Positions 24,360-38,330 are shown, numbered from the stretch's first letter. The stretch: DNA of 64,000 nt from Octopus vulgaris (GCA_951406725.2 OX597815.1:115072001-115136000); one strand, 5' to 3'. Program-made: numbers and translations. Notes: a model not told the origin generated them from the letters alone.

Positions 24360-24724
24360 GTGAGAAGTTTCTTTATCGTTTTAGAAAAGAATGCAGAGAT
24401 TATTATATACTTGTTACAAAACCTTGTGAGTGGTTTTGGTAGATGGAAACTGAAAGAAGCCAATCATATATATATTTATATTTATATGGGTGTGTCTTTG
24501 TGCCTGTGTTTGTCCCCTACCACCGCTTGACAACTGGTGTTGGTTTATTTGTGTCACTGTAACTTAGCAGTCCGGCAAAAAGAGACTGATGCAATAAGTC
24601 TCTTTATAAGGTTTAAAAGAAAAGTACTGGTGTTGATTTATTTGGCTAAAATTCTTCAATATGGTGCCCCAGCATGGCTGCAGTATAATTCCTGAAGAAG
24701 ATAAAAGATATATATATATATATA

Positions 24725-25962
24725 TTAGGTCATCTCATAAATAATGTGGTTTTTGTAATTATATGAACTAAAAGTTGGAGGGGAAGGGGTAAACTACCTA
24801 CATCAACTTGCTTATTCATAGTGCAAGTTTTGAAGGGTGCAGTTCAACTTTAATAGTTCTTCTTTCAAAGCTATAATGGAAGTGACAAAGGAGCATACTT
24901 GGCATATTTTGCTTTATGAGTTCAATAAAGGCAACAATGAAATGGAAAGTGCAAAGAATATCAATGCAGTTTATGGGGATCAGACAATAAGTACAAGCCA
25001 GTGTCAATGGTGGTTCCAGAAATTTTGAGCTGGAAACTACAGCCTAGAAGAGGAGTCTCATCCTGGAAGATCTGTAGAGCTCAATGAGGACATCCTGCAA
25101 ACCCTGGTGGAATAAAATCTCTATAACTGTTGAGGAATTAGCAGAGAAGCTTGGATTTGGTCATTCAACCATTCATCAACACCTGCATGCCATTGGAAAA
25201 ACAGCAAATTGGGTCAATGAGTTCCTCACAAACTCTCTAAGTCTAATTGCACACAGAGAGTGAATGTGTACTCTTCTTTGCTATCACATCTCACAAACGA
25301 ACCATTTTTGGACCGAATAGTGACTGGTGAGGAGAACTGGGTTGTCTATAAAAATGTCAAGCACCGAAGACAGTGGACAGGGAAAGGAGAAACACCGGCA
25401 CCCTAGGCTAAAGAAGGTCTTCACCCACATAAGGTGTTGTTATCTGTTTGGTGGGATATGAAAGGGTTAGTCCACTTTGAACTTTTAAACTTGAACCAAA
25501 TGATAACAAAGGAGATCTACTGCAAGCAGCTTAAGTCAGCGCTAGAAGAAAAGCGACCATCTTCAGTTTCAAGATGAAAGGTGTTCTTCCATCATTATAA
25601 TACTCAGCCACATACAGCGAAGATGACATCCCAAAGGCTGAAGCGGTTTGAATGGGAAACGATGCCCCACCTACCATATTCACCAGGCATTGTCTGATCT
25701 GATTATCATTTATTCAGCAGTCTTCAAAACTATTTGGATGGAAAAATATGAATACTGTAGACACGGTCAGAACAGTACTAAATGAGTATTTTTGTCACAG
25801 ACAAGTGAATTTTGGAAGTGGGGCCTTGCAAGTTTACTGGATAGGTAGAAGAACATTGTAGAAAATGAAGGATAATATATTTTAGATTATAAATGAACTT
25901 TATCTAAATTTTGAAAAATAAAATAGGTATAAAAAAACTGCATTATTTATGGGATGACCTAA
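24725..25962 (+). mobile_element. Full-length degenerate mariner (DD34D) transposon, about 1.24 kb
   Basis: TIRs ttaggtcatctcataaataatg / cattatttatgggatgacctaa flanked by TA. Transposase remnants MEVTKEH.., .VPH.L, IVTGEENWV, YSP....SDYHLF with stops. Confidence 0.92.
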
Positions 25963-26985
25963 TATATGTAGGCACAAGCATAACTGTGTGAGAAGAAGCT
26001 TGCTTCCCAACCACATGGTTCCAGGTTCATTTGCACTGTGTGGCACCTTGAACAAGTGTCTTCTATTATAGCTTCATGAGTGGATTGGGTTGGCAGAAAC
26101 TGAAAGAAGCTTGTATATATCATCATCACTTAGTGCCTATTGTCCATGCTGGCATGGATTGGAAAGTTTGACCAGGGCTGGTAAGCTGGAAGGCTGCACC
26201 AGACCCCAGTCTGATTTGGCATGGTTTCTATGGCTGGATGCCTTTCCTAATACCAACCACTTTGAGAGTGTAATGGGAGCTTTTATGTGCCAGTATCTGC
26301 TACGATTGCAATTTTACTTGGCTTGATGGGTCTTCTTCTCAAGCATGATATATGTGTGTCTTTGTGTCTGTGTTTGTCTTCCCATCACCACATGACAACT
26401 AATGCTGGTGTGTTTACATTCCCATAACTTAGCAGTTCGGCAAAATGGACCAGTAGAATAAGTACTAGGCTCAAAAAATAAGTTCTGGGGTCGATTTGTT
26501 TGACTAAAATCTTTTAGGGTGGTGCTCCAGCGTGGACGCAGTCAAATAGCTGAAACAAGTAAAAGAATAAAAAAAATATATATATATCATCATTGAAACA
26601 TCACATAAGACTTAGCATTCATGTTGTGATTTAAGGGAACATATGCCGGGGTTGTTTTTTGGTGTGTTATCATGCTTCTTGGGAATACTTGAAATCTTAT
26701 GAAGCATCATCGTTCATCATCACCATCATTTAACATCCACGTTTCAATGCTTGCATAGGTCAGACAGAATTTGTTTAGGCACATTTACTATGGCTAAATG
26801 CCTTTCCTGATGTCCACCCATACTTGTTTCCAAGCTTGAAAACGAATGACTCCATTTTCCCATGTTTGAATATGTTTTTCACAGAAGACTGGAAGCGAAA
26901 AAACACCACTTGTAAGACAGTGATGCTTATTTATAACCATCGTTGATGTCAAGACAATGGTACACACACACATTCTCTCTTTCTC

Positions 26986-27036
<51 letters not shown>

Positions 27037-27451
27037 ACACACACATACATATGCACACACTCACACAACTCTCTCTGTCTCTCTCACACACACATGCATA
27101 CATGCACATACCACGCACACATTCACACACATACAACAATGCATACACACATACAGACAATGAGCTTCTTTCAGTTTCTGCCTACCAGCTCTACTCACAA
27201 GGCTTTGGTCAGACTGGGGATACAGTAGAAGACACTAGCCCAAGGTGCCATGTTGTAGGATTGAATCCAAGACCACATCGGTGGGAAGCAAGTCTCTCAA
27301 TCACACAGCCACACCTTTACTTTAACTGTTCCTACAACCACACTTGCACCAACAGCCATGCCTGCATCTATTTCTCAAATATTGTAATATGGATATTCTA
27401 AAGTCTTTGAAATATAAGTGTTAGTGACACAATACGATGTCAGTAGTAGTA

Positions 27452-28175
27452 CATCATCATCATCGTCGTCGTCATCATCATCTTTTAACATCCTTTGTCC
27501 ATGCTGGCATGTGTTGGACAGTTTGACCAGGATTGGTAAGCTGAGGGGCTGCACCAGACTCCAGTCTGATTTGGCATGGTTTTTACAGCTGGATGCCCTT
27601 CCTAATGCCAACCACTCCAAGAGTGTAATGGGTGCTTCTATGAGTCATTGGCATGGGTGCCAGTTGTGTGACACCTGTATCCACCATGACTACAATTTCA
27701 CTTGGCTTAATGGATTTTCTTTTCAAGCATGACTTATTGCCAAAGGTCTCGGTCATTTGTCATTGCCTCTGTGAGGCCCAACTCTTGAAAGATGCTTTCT
27801 AAGTGTCACTGGCACAGGTGCCAGTTATACAACACTGGCATTGGCCACATTGCCTCTGTGAGGCCCAACACTCGACAGGTGCTTTTTATGTGCCACCAGC
27901 ACAGGTGCCAGATGCCTCTGTGGAGGCCCAACACTCAAAAAGTGTTTTTTACGTGCCATCAGCATCCACTTGGCTTGATGAGTTTTCTTCTGAAGCATGG
28001 CATATTGCCAGAGGTCTTGGTCATTTGTCATAACCTCCATGAGGCCCAACATTTGAACAGTGCTTTTTACGTGCCACCGGTGCAACACTGACATTGGCCG
28101 CATTGCCTCTTTGAGGGCCAACACTCAACAGGTGCTTTTTACATGCCACCAGCATTGGTCACATTGCCTCCATGA
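27452..28175 (-). mobile_element. RTE 3'-end copy with internal repeats; similar copies at about 26120-26345, 28557-28710, 33600-33810, 51328-51635 (-) and 42850-43097, 53230-53975, 60320-60565 (+)
   Basis: (CAT)n tail followed by the reverse complement of the RTE 3' UTR. Confidence 0.75.
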
Positions 28176-31100
28176 ATCATTAATTTAATTTGCCTATAGG
28201 CTGCTATCCCAATTATTTGGTCAGCCATCACAATATTTGCAGTGGTCTTTTTATGTCTAGAGTGAGTCTGAAATGGTTAAAAGTCCCACTTCACCTCTGT
28301 AGCTTACATTATAATAAAATACTTGTTGGCTGTTTGAACTTTTTATATAAGTTTGAATATAAACTTGCATTAAAAGGATTTATAAGAAACCATACATTTA
28401 ACCCTTTAGGATTCAGATTACTCAGTCAAATGTAATGCTTATTTATTCAAATTATTTTGAATTAATCATACATTATCTATTTGTGTTGTGATTTCGATGA
28501 ATGATTGTTCATGTTCAGAGTGAAAGTGTAGAATCAGCACAAGAGGGTGGATCTGGTCATCATCATCATCGTTTAGCGTCCGCTTTCCATGCTAGCATGG
28601 GTTGGACGGTTCAACTAGGGTCTGGGAAGCCAGAAGGCTGCACCAGGCCCAGTTTGATCTGGCAATATTTCTACGGCTGGATGCCCTTCCTAACGCCAAC
28701 CACTCCATGAGTGGTCAGTTTAAACATAAAACAAGTAAAATATTTGGATTAGATATGGCCAGTTCTAATGCTAAAAGGTTAAGCTTGAAAGTTGATTTCT
28801 TTGATTTTATATGAATTTAAAATGCAGTGATTAAATTTTGTCATCAGTAAACTTTATATTGAGAGGCAATCTATCTTATGTCTAACATGAGCTCCTAGCC
28901 AACTGAAACTGACTTTTTCTTGTTTCCTAGTTCTATTTATATATACTCTATACTTATCCCATTACTAATACTTTTGAGAAAAGCCTGAATTCTCTTTCTC
29001 TCATATCAATGTATCTAATTGCTATAGATAGATTATGAGAAGTAAACTAATTTATTTTCATTATGCATTCAGAAGATAAATATGATATTGATTTCTTGCT
29101 TTATTACTGTTGTAAAGTGGTCTTTTGCCACTTTTGTATCTGTCTTTTGATGATGGTTGTCACTCTGACAGATATTGTTATATTTCGAAGTCATCGATAG
29201 AATATTTCTAACTGGCACTCAGTCATACAGTGTTATTATCTTCAAAAGGTTGGATCGATATAATGTCCACTCAGTATCACAATATAATTACTATATCGGC
29301 AGAGACACAACTATCAACACATGTCTACACGTACTCCCGACCTTCTTGACCTTCTTCTTTCGACTAGCTACTGGTCTATTAATAATGGTTGGTTCCTACC
29401 ACTTTTAATCGGGAGGGATGTACAGTTTCACTAAACATCTCCCCTTTTAATTATTTTATTTAGCAATCAAATTCTTTTATTCATCTTACCTTATATATAT
29501 ATACACTCAATATCTTTTCTTCTTAGGGTCTACTTTTAAGAATTCTGTGTTCTTCCTTTTCCTTGTGCATGTGGTTTCAGCTTCTTGTAACGGTGTTGGG
29601 ACCTGAAAAGTGTCATCCATTAGCATTTCTATTCATGTTGGTTCCTTTTCTATGAATCTTTCGTTAAACTGATTTCTATGTTTCCTTTCCATTCCATTTC
29701 TGCTTCTTACGATATACATCATTCTTCCAATTTCTTCTTTCCAGTATTGCTTGCCATTTTTGTACATTCTTACACCAATTCTAAGGAATTTGGGCATGTC
29801 TGTACTAGCACATATTTTTTTCTTCACTGGTAATATTTTATTGAATACCAACTCCACCTTTCTGGCAAACATTAATTCTGCTGGTGGACTTCCTTCTGGT
29901 GCTTCTGGGTTCAGAGTTACCCTGTATACCCTTAAGAATTGTTGGATTGTGACCTCATCCATGGCTTCCTTATTAGTTTTCTTTAAAGCTCTCTTAAAAG
30001 TGTCCACGAACTGTTCGGCCCTTCCATTTGATCTAGAGTGATACGGTGCTATAGTTTCATGTTCTAATTTGAGCCTTTCACAGAATCTTTTAAACTCACA
30101 GGATACAAACTGTTCCATTATCAGAGACAATTTTATCCAGTACACCAAATCTTATGAACAGCTCGTGTAAGAAGTTTATTACCATATATGAGGTTGGTTG
30201 TTTACACCTTGTGACCTCAAGCCATTTTGTGTAGCTGTTCACTACTATTAAGTAATAATAACAATTTATCAGGAATGCAAAATCAATATGCAATCGGGAC
30301 CATGGTATTTTCACTTCTGGCCAAGGTTCACATTTTGTAGTAGATAGTTTTGCTGCCAGCACACATCCTCTTCAGCCTTCTACCAGATTTCAACTTCCTT
30401 GTCCAAGCTTGGCCAGTATATGAAACTTCACATCAGTGCTTTCATTCTACAGAGGTCTGGGTGTTGTACATGAAACTCTTTTAGCATTCTCTTCTGTAAT
30501 GTCTGTGGTATGACCTCCTTCTGAGTGTACATTAGTACACCATCATATATAAAGTACACATTCACATTTTGGTGGTTCTTTGCATCAGACCTTTTTTTTA
30601 TTTCCTTTAGTTGACCACAATTTTTTTGTTTCATTAATAAATTTGTAATTTCTCGCATTTCTTTTCATTTCTTCCAAAGTTACTGGTAGTTCCTGCATAA
30701 TGTTCCACATCACTTTTTTTTTGTTTCAGTTCATCGACTTCGTTCAATCATTTGACTGCTCCATTTACACTATTGCACAAAGCGCTTATGGGTGTATCCT
30801 ATATATTAGATTTCTCCATACATTCAGTGCCAAATAAATTCATGGATTTTTTTCAACACATAAGCATTCCCTTTTTTGTTCCACCTTTGAACATTATATT
30901 ACAAACATGTTCGCCCGTGAAATATAATTTTCTTCCTGCAATACTATGTGCTATTTTGTTTGAACTATATAATTTTGGTTTACCCATTTGTTCCCATATT
31001 TTCTCATCTATGTTTGTAATGTCACTTCCCATGTCTAGTTGCATTCTGACTCTAGTATTTTCAATTCTCCTGTTCACGAATTTTCTGTTTATTGTAGTCA

Positions 31101-31224
31101 CAACTTTTCCTGCTGACAAACTATCAATTTTTTTTTGTAACACTTGAAAGAATCTTTCACATTCTTTATTGACTTAGCCTGTGTAAGTAGTGAAATCTTC
31201 ATCTCTGCTCTTTTCTATGTTTAA

Positions 31225-31445
31225 CCCTTTAGCATTTAAACTGGCCATATCCGGCCAGAAGTATTCTGCTTGTTTTATGTTCAAACTGGCCAGATCTGGT
31301 CTCTTACACCAACCCTACAATATCGTTTTAAAAATTAACAGCTACCTCATCAAAATCTCATAGCTACAAGATAATGCATGATTAGTTCAAGGCAATGTGG
31401 ATAAAAAAAGATTAATTTTGGCAGAATAATGCGAGCACTAAAGGG
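31225..31445. mobile_element. piggyBac-like MITE with TTAA TSD; related copies at about 28400-28790 and 36675-36897
   Basis: ttaa|ccctttag...ctaaaggg|ttaa. Confidence 0.8.
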
Positions 31446-31846
31446 TTAAACATTTCCATCTAGTATTAAACAGTGAGCTCGTTTCACTAAACAGTTTGCA
31501 CAAAATGTTGACTGTATCGTTGAAATTTATGTCGGATGCTTTTTTTGGCAATGTGAAGTTATACTCCTCATGCTCTGCTGTCAGAGTTTTCTTAACATTA
31601 GACGCGTTTTCATTTTGTCTATCCAATCTTGACATTCTTTTTCAAAAATTTATTGTAATCTTCAAAAGTAAGCCTTCAAGGTTACTCCTTCTTCAGGGTC
31701 ATATTTGAATTTGCTTATGGAATTTTCTACATGGTCAGGTGAAAATGTATTCTCAAGTTCGGTCATCACTTCATTAGTTGTAACATTTGCTGCTGCAATT
31801 CTTCTTGTTATTCTCATTGTTCCTTGAATTGTTGCTGTTGCTGTTG

Positions 31847-32211
31847 AGCGAACGGTCTTCATCCCAGAGCTCGCAAGATGGGAGAAGTCCGAAACATGGT
31901 CCTTTGCTATTCGTAAAACCCGCAGAAGAGAAAGCAGGTCAAACCTCGACACTGAGAGCATCGATGGATGGACGAATGCCCATCCAGACTCAGCGGTTGC
32001 GTAGGAAGTCGGGGACAAGAAGCAGGAAGAAAGAGTGAGAGAAAGTTGGAGTGAAAGAGTACAACAGGGGTACCCCCCCCCCCTGCCAGAGCCTCGTGGA
32101 GCTTTAGGTGTTTTCACTCAATAAACACACACAACGCCCGGTCTGGGAATCGAAACCGCAATCCTCCGACCGTGAGTCCACTGCCCTAACCATTGGGCCA
32201 TTGCGACTCCA
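31847..32211 (-). mobile_element. tRNA-headed SINE nested in the gag of the old gypsy element
   Basis: Reverse strand begins gtggagtcgcaatggcccaatggttagggcagtggact...ggtttcgattccc (A/B boxes). Flanked by ctgttg on both sides. Confidence 0.7.
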
Positions 32212-34441
32212 CTGTTGTTGTTGCTGCTTTTGCAGCTCAACTATCCCAGCTGACAAGTCTTCCATATTTTATGATTTTTGTAAATTTGCATAAGATTTTG
32301 CTTCTTTTTTGTTGAGGTATTTAATTTTCCATGTGAATTAATTTAAACTCTCTGTGTGAATGTTTTTTTTTTTATTCCACGTAAGTTTGTTTTTCCTCAT
32401 CGCCACTATTGTAAAGTGGCCTTTTGCCACTTTTGTATCTGTCTTTTGATGATGGTTGTCACTCTGATAGATATTGTTATATTCTGAAGTCGTTGATAGG
32501 ATGTTTCTATCTGGCACTGTACGGCCCTGAATCATATAGTGTTATTACCCTCAAAAGGTTGAATCAATATAATGTCCACCCAGTATTGCAGTATAATTAC
32601 TATATCAGCACAGACACAACTATCCACACAGTCTACATGTACTCCCGACCTTCTTGACCATATTCTGTCAATCAGCTACTGGTCTATTTATAATGGTTGG
32701 CTACTACCACTTTTTATTAGGAGGGACGTACAGTTTCACTATACAACAATTACTAAGTAACACAACAGAAGGAGAGCAGGTATAGTCGATTATAAAGAAC
32801 CAAGTACCTACTTATTTTGTTGACAATCCCCACCACTCAAGAGAAGACAGACCATCAAGACCATTCCATTTTCCCTGAAAGAATGATACAAACATTTGTA
32901 TTTAATCTCAAAGATGTTTCTACAACATTTATAACATTTCTCTTTCCTACCAAATTTTAAATCATTATCATCATCATCATCATTACTGTCACCATTGCCA
33001 TCACCACCACTGTCGTTTTAATGTCCACTTTTCTATGCTTGCATGGGTCAGACAGAATTCAGTGAGGTAGATTTCCTATGGCTGTACACTCTTCCTGTCA
33101 ATAACCCTTACTTGTTTCCAAACAAGGTAATATTTCCTCCTAGCCAGACATGTTTTCATAGAAGACTTGAAATGAAGGACACTGCTTGTATTTCACTCCT
33201 TCAAATTACTTAGCAAAACTATATTCATCATCATCATCCTTTAACGTCTGCTTTTCATATTGGTATGGGTTGGATGGTTTGACCAGAGTTGGCAACACAG
33301 AGAGCTACATCAGGTTCCATTCAATTTCGCTTGGTTTCTATGGCTGGATGTCCTTCCTAACACCAACCACTTTACAGTGTGTGCTGGGTTCTTTTCTGTT
33401 GATGTTATTGTTGTTTTACCTTTGGTCTGCCTTGATGAAGAAGACCATCATACAATTGCTTTTGTCCTTTAACAAGGATTGTGTTATCTAGAACTCCATT
33501 ATTTTTACCTTTTATCTTTTACTTACTTCAGTCTTTGGACTGTGGCCATACTGGAGCACTACCATGAAGCGTTCAGTCAAACAGATCAACCCCAGTGCTT
33601 CATCATCATCATTATTGTCGTCGTCGTCATCGTCATCATCATCATCATCTTCTTTCAATGTCCGTTTTCCATGCTGGCATGGGTTGCACGGTTTGACCAG
33701 AGCTGGCAAGCTGAGGGGCTGCACCAGACTCCAGTCTGATTTGGTTTGGTTTCTATGACTGGATGTCCTCCCTAATGCCAACCACTTTATAGTGTGTGCT
33801 GGGTGCTTACAACTAACCATGTGCAATGTAACCAGGATAAAGTACCACACAGTATTTAACTTTACCCCTCTGTATTTTTAGTTCTAATTTTACTTAAGTT
33901 GACTTTGCTCTTCATTTTGGGGTTGATTTAACAAGCTATGCTCTCTTTCCTAAAATGTGAAGCTTTGTAATAATGTGCGAAATCATTATTACAAATAGAG
34001 GGGTGGTGGACATGCAAAATAATTAGAGCATTAGACAGAATATCTTGTATTGTTTGTTCTGGCTCCTTACATTCTGAGTTCAAATCCTGCCAAATTCAAC
34101 TTTGCCTGTTATTATTCTTTCAGGGTCAATAAAATATTGGTGCTGATGTTGTCAGCTAACTCCTCTAATGCAAATTTTAGGCCTTGTGCCTATGCTAGTA
34201 ACTATTATTACTGGTAGCATCCTCATGCCACTGAAATCTCAATCTTTGGATTGAATTGTGCTATATATAGTCTTGATAACAGTCTCTGTTAATTCTCTTT
34301 TAGTATTTAGTTCATAACAATGTAATCACATATAACAAAAAACAGTTCTTTTTCTATTTATTTTTTGTCTGTCTAAATATAAAGATGAGTCTGTATGTAA
34401 GAAATGCAACAGTCTCAACCAAAACAATGTATCTATTCCAG

Positions 34442-34547
34442 GATAAAAGAGGGATTGTCTTGGTAAAAACTAACACATTCATTGTTGTAGCTACTTATAT
34501 TGAAGGCATGTATCCTAGTGTATGTGTTGAAGCTGTTGAAAGGTTAG
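34442..34547 (+). CDS. PFN4: Profilin-4-like, coding exon 3 (DKRGIVLVKTNTFIVVATYIEGMYPSVCVEAVERL)
   Basis: Acceptor ttccag, donor gtgagt. Contains the PFN4 signature VATY.EGMYPS.CVEA.E.L. Confidence 0.93.
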
Positions 34548-35515
34548 GTGAGTAGAATAAATTTTTTTGCTTACAATTGAAATCCTTTTAATGTTTTTAT
34601 TTTTATTTTATTTTTTATCCACTGATGTCACTGGAAATTCTGTGGGAAAGCTTATTGATTCTCCATCTGATTAGGATGCTAGTATGTTGAAGGTTTTGTT
34701 TGTAACTTACATAGATGCAGAAACCCCAGTATTGTCTAATACCAAATACCTATATACCAAATACTGACAACTTCCTAGGACTAACCACAGTGTCAAGTGC
34801 TTGTCAGGGAAGCCACTAAGGGTTTGTTTGTTGACTTGATACTGCAAAAAGAATTTTGTAGCAGAAAGAATTAAAACAGGACTGCTATGAAAGTTTATCT
34901 GTCAAATTTGACTTCCACAAAGTCAAATTTGAATTCAGTTCAGTGCTGTATTTTAACTGAACATTTGTAGAATGCTCCTATAGGAATATTTAGAGTTAAG
35001 TACCTTGACCACTGACACAGCATTACACTACTGATGGAATATGAACCATCAACTCTTCTGTTGGTAGTCTGACACTTTTTCAACTAAAACTCAGATAATG
35101 GATTAGAATGATTATTAGTGGTATGTATTCACAGTATGAAATATTTAGACAATACCGAAAGCTTTAGTTTTATGTAGTTTTATGTATCTTTGGTTGTTGA
35201 ACTCAAGTGAATAGTATTTGTCTCCTAGCTATCCCTAAAAAGAATTAAGTGAGTGCTACATATTTAATGAAATACTCACCAATACTATAGAATAATCATG
35301 GCCATTACAGTAATTCCTTGTGGTTCATGCTTGCAGATTGCAAGAATCTGTACAATAGTAACTAAACATAATACAAAATCACTCACCCTTCAACTGATAT
35401 CTAAGCGCTTTAAGGATCAAGCCATCTATGATTCTAATTGGTATATTTGTTTACTGAAGTATTTTTCATTTTTGCCATTAATTATATAAAAATCTTGTTT
35501 TATTTTATTCTGTAG

Positions 35516-35544
35516 CTGATTACCTGAAATTCAAGAATAAATGA
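35516..35544 (+). CDS. PFN4: Profilin-4-like, final coding exon (ADYLKFKNK*)
   Basis: Acceptor tttattctgtag. The phase-1 join gives GCT GAT TAC CTG, compare PFN4 C-terminal .DYL. Total protein 128 aa. Confidence 0.88.
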
Positions 35545-36655
35545 AGTTCTAAAGAGATAAATAAGAAAAAAGAAAAAAAAAAGTAAAACTTTTAAAAAGT
35601 ATTAAAAAGTAAAATTTCAACCTGTAAAAAGAAATGTGATTTTATAAAACAAATTTTAAATAACAAAATCATTTTGTTGTATTTTTTAATTTCTGCTGTA
35701 GTATAATTTTTTTCTTTTTACTGTTGAAGACAGTTTTTTATGTTTGTTTAGCTCCAGTCTTCAATCAGTCCTGAGTGAGCAGTTAGTTCTATTCTCAAAT
35801 TTATTCCAGCCATAGCATCCTGTCTTCTTGTATGTCTATGACTACATTGCCCTTGTCTGTTGCAACCAGGTGGAATTTTTTCGTTTTCTACTGTTTTTCT
35901 CTGTTTACTGGATAAACGAGGGAACAGTATCTCTTTAGTTGTGCATTGGTTGTATAAACAGAACTAAAAGCTAATCTCAGTCTTTAGCAGTTCAAGCAAA
36001 GCAAGGAATTAGCTGAATTAGTCATTGCCTGTTTTTGTTCAGCTAATCTTAATATGAGACATGTTTCAGTTGAATGAGATATCAATTTGCCTTATCTCTA
36101 TTCTACCACATATGTTAATTTCTTTTCTTTTATCTCAGCAACATTTCCCATCCCACTACATGTGACCTGACACTTCTTTTTAACTGACTTTCCCAACACA
36201 TTTGTATACACAAAATTACCTCTGCAACAAGTGTTTACTCAAACATTGTTTCTAAGAAAATTATAATAGAAAATTATTTCTTTTTTGTGCACAAATTACT
36301 ATTTCATTCAGATCTGTATTTTATGACCAATTGGAGTAAACATATGCTGTTTAGCCACATTGAAGTGGTATATCACTTAGGCTGGCAGCATCACTTACTT
36401 CTGGTAAGTAGGAGATTTTTCTTTCAGATATATTTGCACTATATTGGTGACCCTGACTTTTGATCAAATAGCCATTTTCTGATAACAGCAACAAAATCTC
36501 TCAAGCTACCCTTCCAACTCACTGCTATCACTATGATGGCTGAAGCAACACCAGAAAATCAATCAAGCATCAGCTTAACATTTAACATCTGTGCAACATG
36601 ATTCTGCCCAATGGTACATGTATCTCTCAGACCTATACTACCTGAAACTGTTCCA

Positions 36656-37254
36656 AATCAAAACTGTTTTTTAATCCTTTAGTATTTAAACTGGTCATAT
36701 CTGACCCAAATATTCTGTCTGTTTTATCTTCAAACTGGTCAGAACAGGCCTTTCACAGCTCCCCGATATTGTCTTTTTACAAATAAACAACCGCATCATC
36801 AAAATCTCAAGGCTACAAGATAAGGCATGACTAATTTAAAATGATGTGAATGCATAATAAGCATTACATTTGACAGAGTAATCTGAATGCTAAAGGGTTA
36901 AAGTAAGTTGCTTATTCTCTTATCAAAGGGAGAAAACTTTGATTCTTTCATCTATCAGTAATTAAAACTCTAGTTTTCTCCCTTTGATAAGAGAATAAGC
37001 AACTTACTTTAACCCTTTAGCATTCAGATTACTCTGTCAAATGTAATGCTTATTATGCATTCACATCATTTTAAATTAGTCATGCCTTATCTTGTAGCCT
37101 TGAGATTTTGATGATGCGGTTGTTTATTTGTAAAAAGACAATATCGGGGAGCTGTGAAAGGCCTGTTCTGACCAGTTTGAAGATAAAACAGACAGAATAT
37201 TTGGGTCAGATATGACCAGTTTAAATACTAAAGGATTAAAAAACAGTTTTGATT
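36656..37254. repeat. Long inverted repeat: 283-bp arms (36656-36938 / 36972-37254) with a 33-bp spacer
   Basis: The arms read as exact reverse complements by eye. Confidence 0.95.
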
Positions 37255-38330
37255 AAAATCAATACATACATTACTGAATTTTTTTGTCATTTAATCTCAA
37301 GAGTTTTTTTTTGTCTTATTGAAATTTTTGTGCGTATCTGTGTGTGTTGTTATTGAAAGCTTACTTGTAATTTTCATTATGTAAAAGACACAAAAAGATC
37401 CACGAAAAATATTTTATTTTGTTTGTAATTTTTGTATGTCCATGTTTGTACTTTATATATTACAAACGTTTTATTTTTTAGTGTATCTGTTTTATTATGT
37501 GATGAATTAATATGCAAAATTAAATATAGTACAAATGATTATTTACATTAAACACGACCAATCCTTTTCTATAATAATACTAATTTTCATGATAATCTGA
37601 CACAAATAAATACACTATAAGCATTTGAACAAATAAGCTCAATTTTAGGTATTTTCTGCTAAATCACTGGGCTGAGAATTTGATTGAGAAAATTTTTAAC
37701 AGGTTTTAACAGTTGCTTTCTGGATCAACAACTCAGTGCCAAGTCTGGAATTTGCTACAAGTAAAGCAGCCATGGATAGCAGGCCTGCTAATGAGAGGAC
37801 ACCAGGCTAGCTTTGGCAAATCCTGTATAGCAGTGATGGATGGCAGATACACTTGTGAAGACATTAGAGCAGGTATAAAGTACCAACTCAGATGCAGTAA
37901 TCCTCAGACAACTCTTATCAACCTTAGCAGAGAGGACCATGAACAACTGTGCACTCAACACAGTCACCATTTCATTACCTTTCACAACTGCAATTTATAA
38001 TATTGAACTCTAGAACAAAGTTTTTCACTTTACAAACTAGATATAATTTTATCAAAGAAAATCTGAGAACCAAGAATGTAAATTCTTCAATATATGTATA
38101 CTAAAACACTTATTGCCCATGTATTTTCTACAAATACACTATGCAGAGCCACTTATGTACTGTACACACTTAATGCAGACCCACTTGCACCCTGTGTCCA
38201 CATCATGCAGATCCCTCTATATTTTGTGCACACATCATATAGACCCAATTTCATCTTGTGGATATATACTTGACATGCTCTGTTATCCTTTGGCTGACAG
38301 ACCATCTTTAACATTTACTCTTTTGAGTAT

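Larger units (their letters stand above)
29111..32745 (-). mobile_element. Old Mag-like Ty3/gypsy LTR element with RT largely deleted
   Basis: Diverged LTRs 29111-29437 and 32410-32745 (TGT...ACA). PBS TGGCGATGAGGA (tRNA-Ser-like), PPT aaaaggggaga. Gag (FKYDPEEG...SSLFNTRWKCL), protease QLDMGSDIT, integrase PWSRLHIDFA / APYHSRSNGRAE. Confidence 0.88.

Noticed and set aside
24360-24530. Continuation of the ORF-track 24219-24530 peptide
   Set aside because: Past the GT donor at 24360 the sequence is intron and SINE. Only 24225-24359 is coding.
26927-27401. His/Thr- and Cys/Val-rich ORFs
   Set aside because: They are translations of (CA)n/(CT)n microsatellites plus a SINE.
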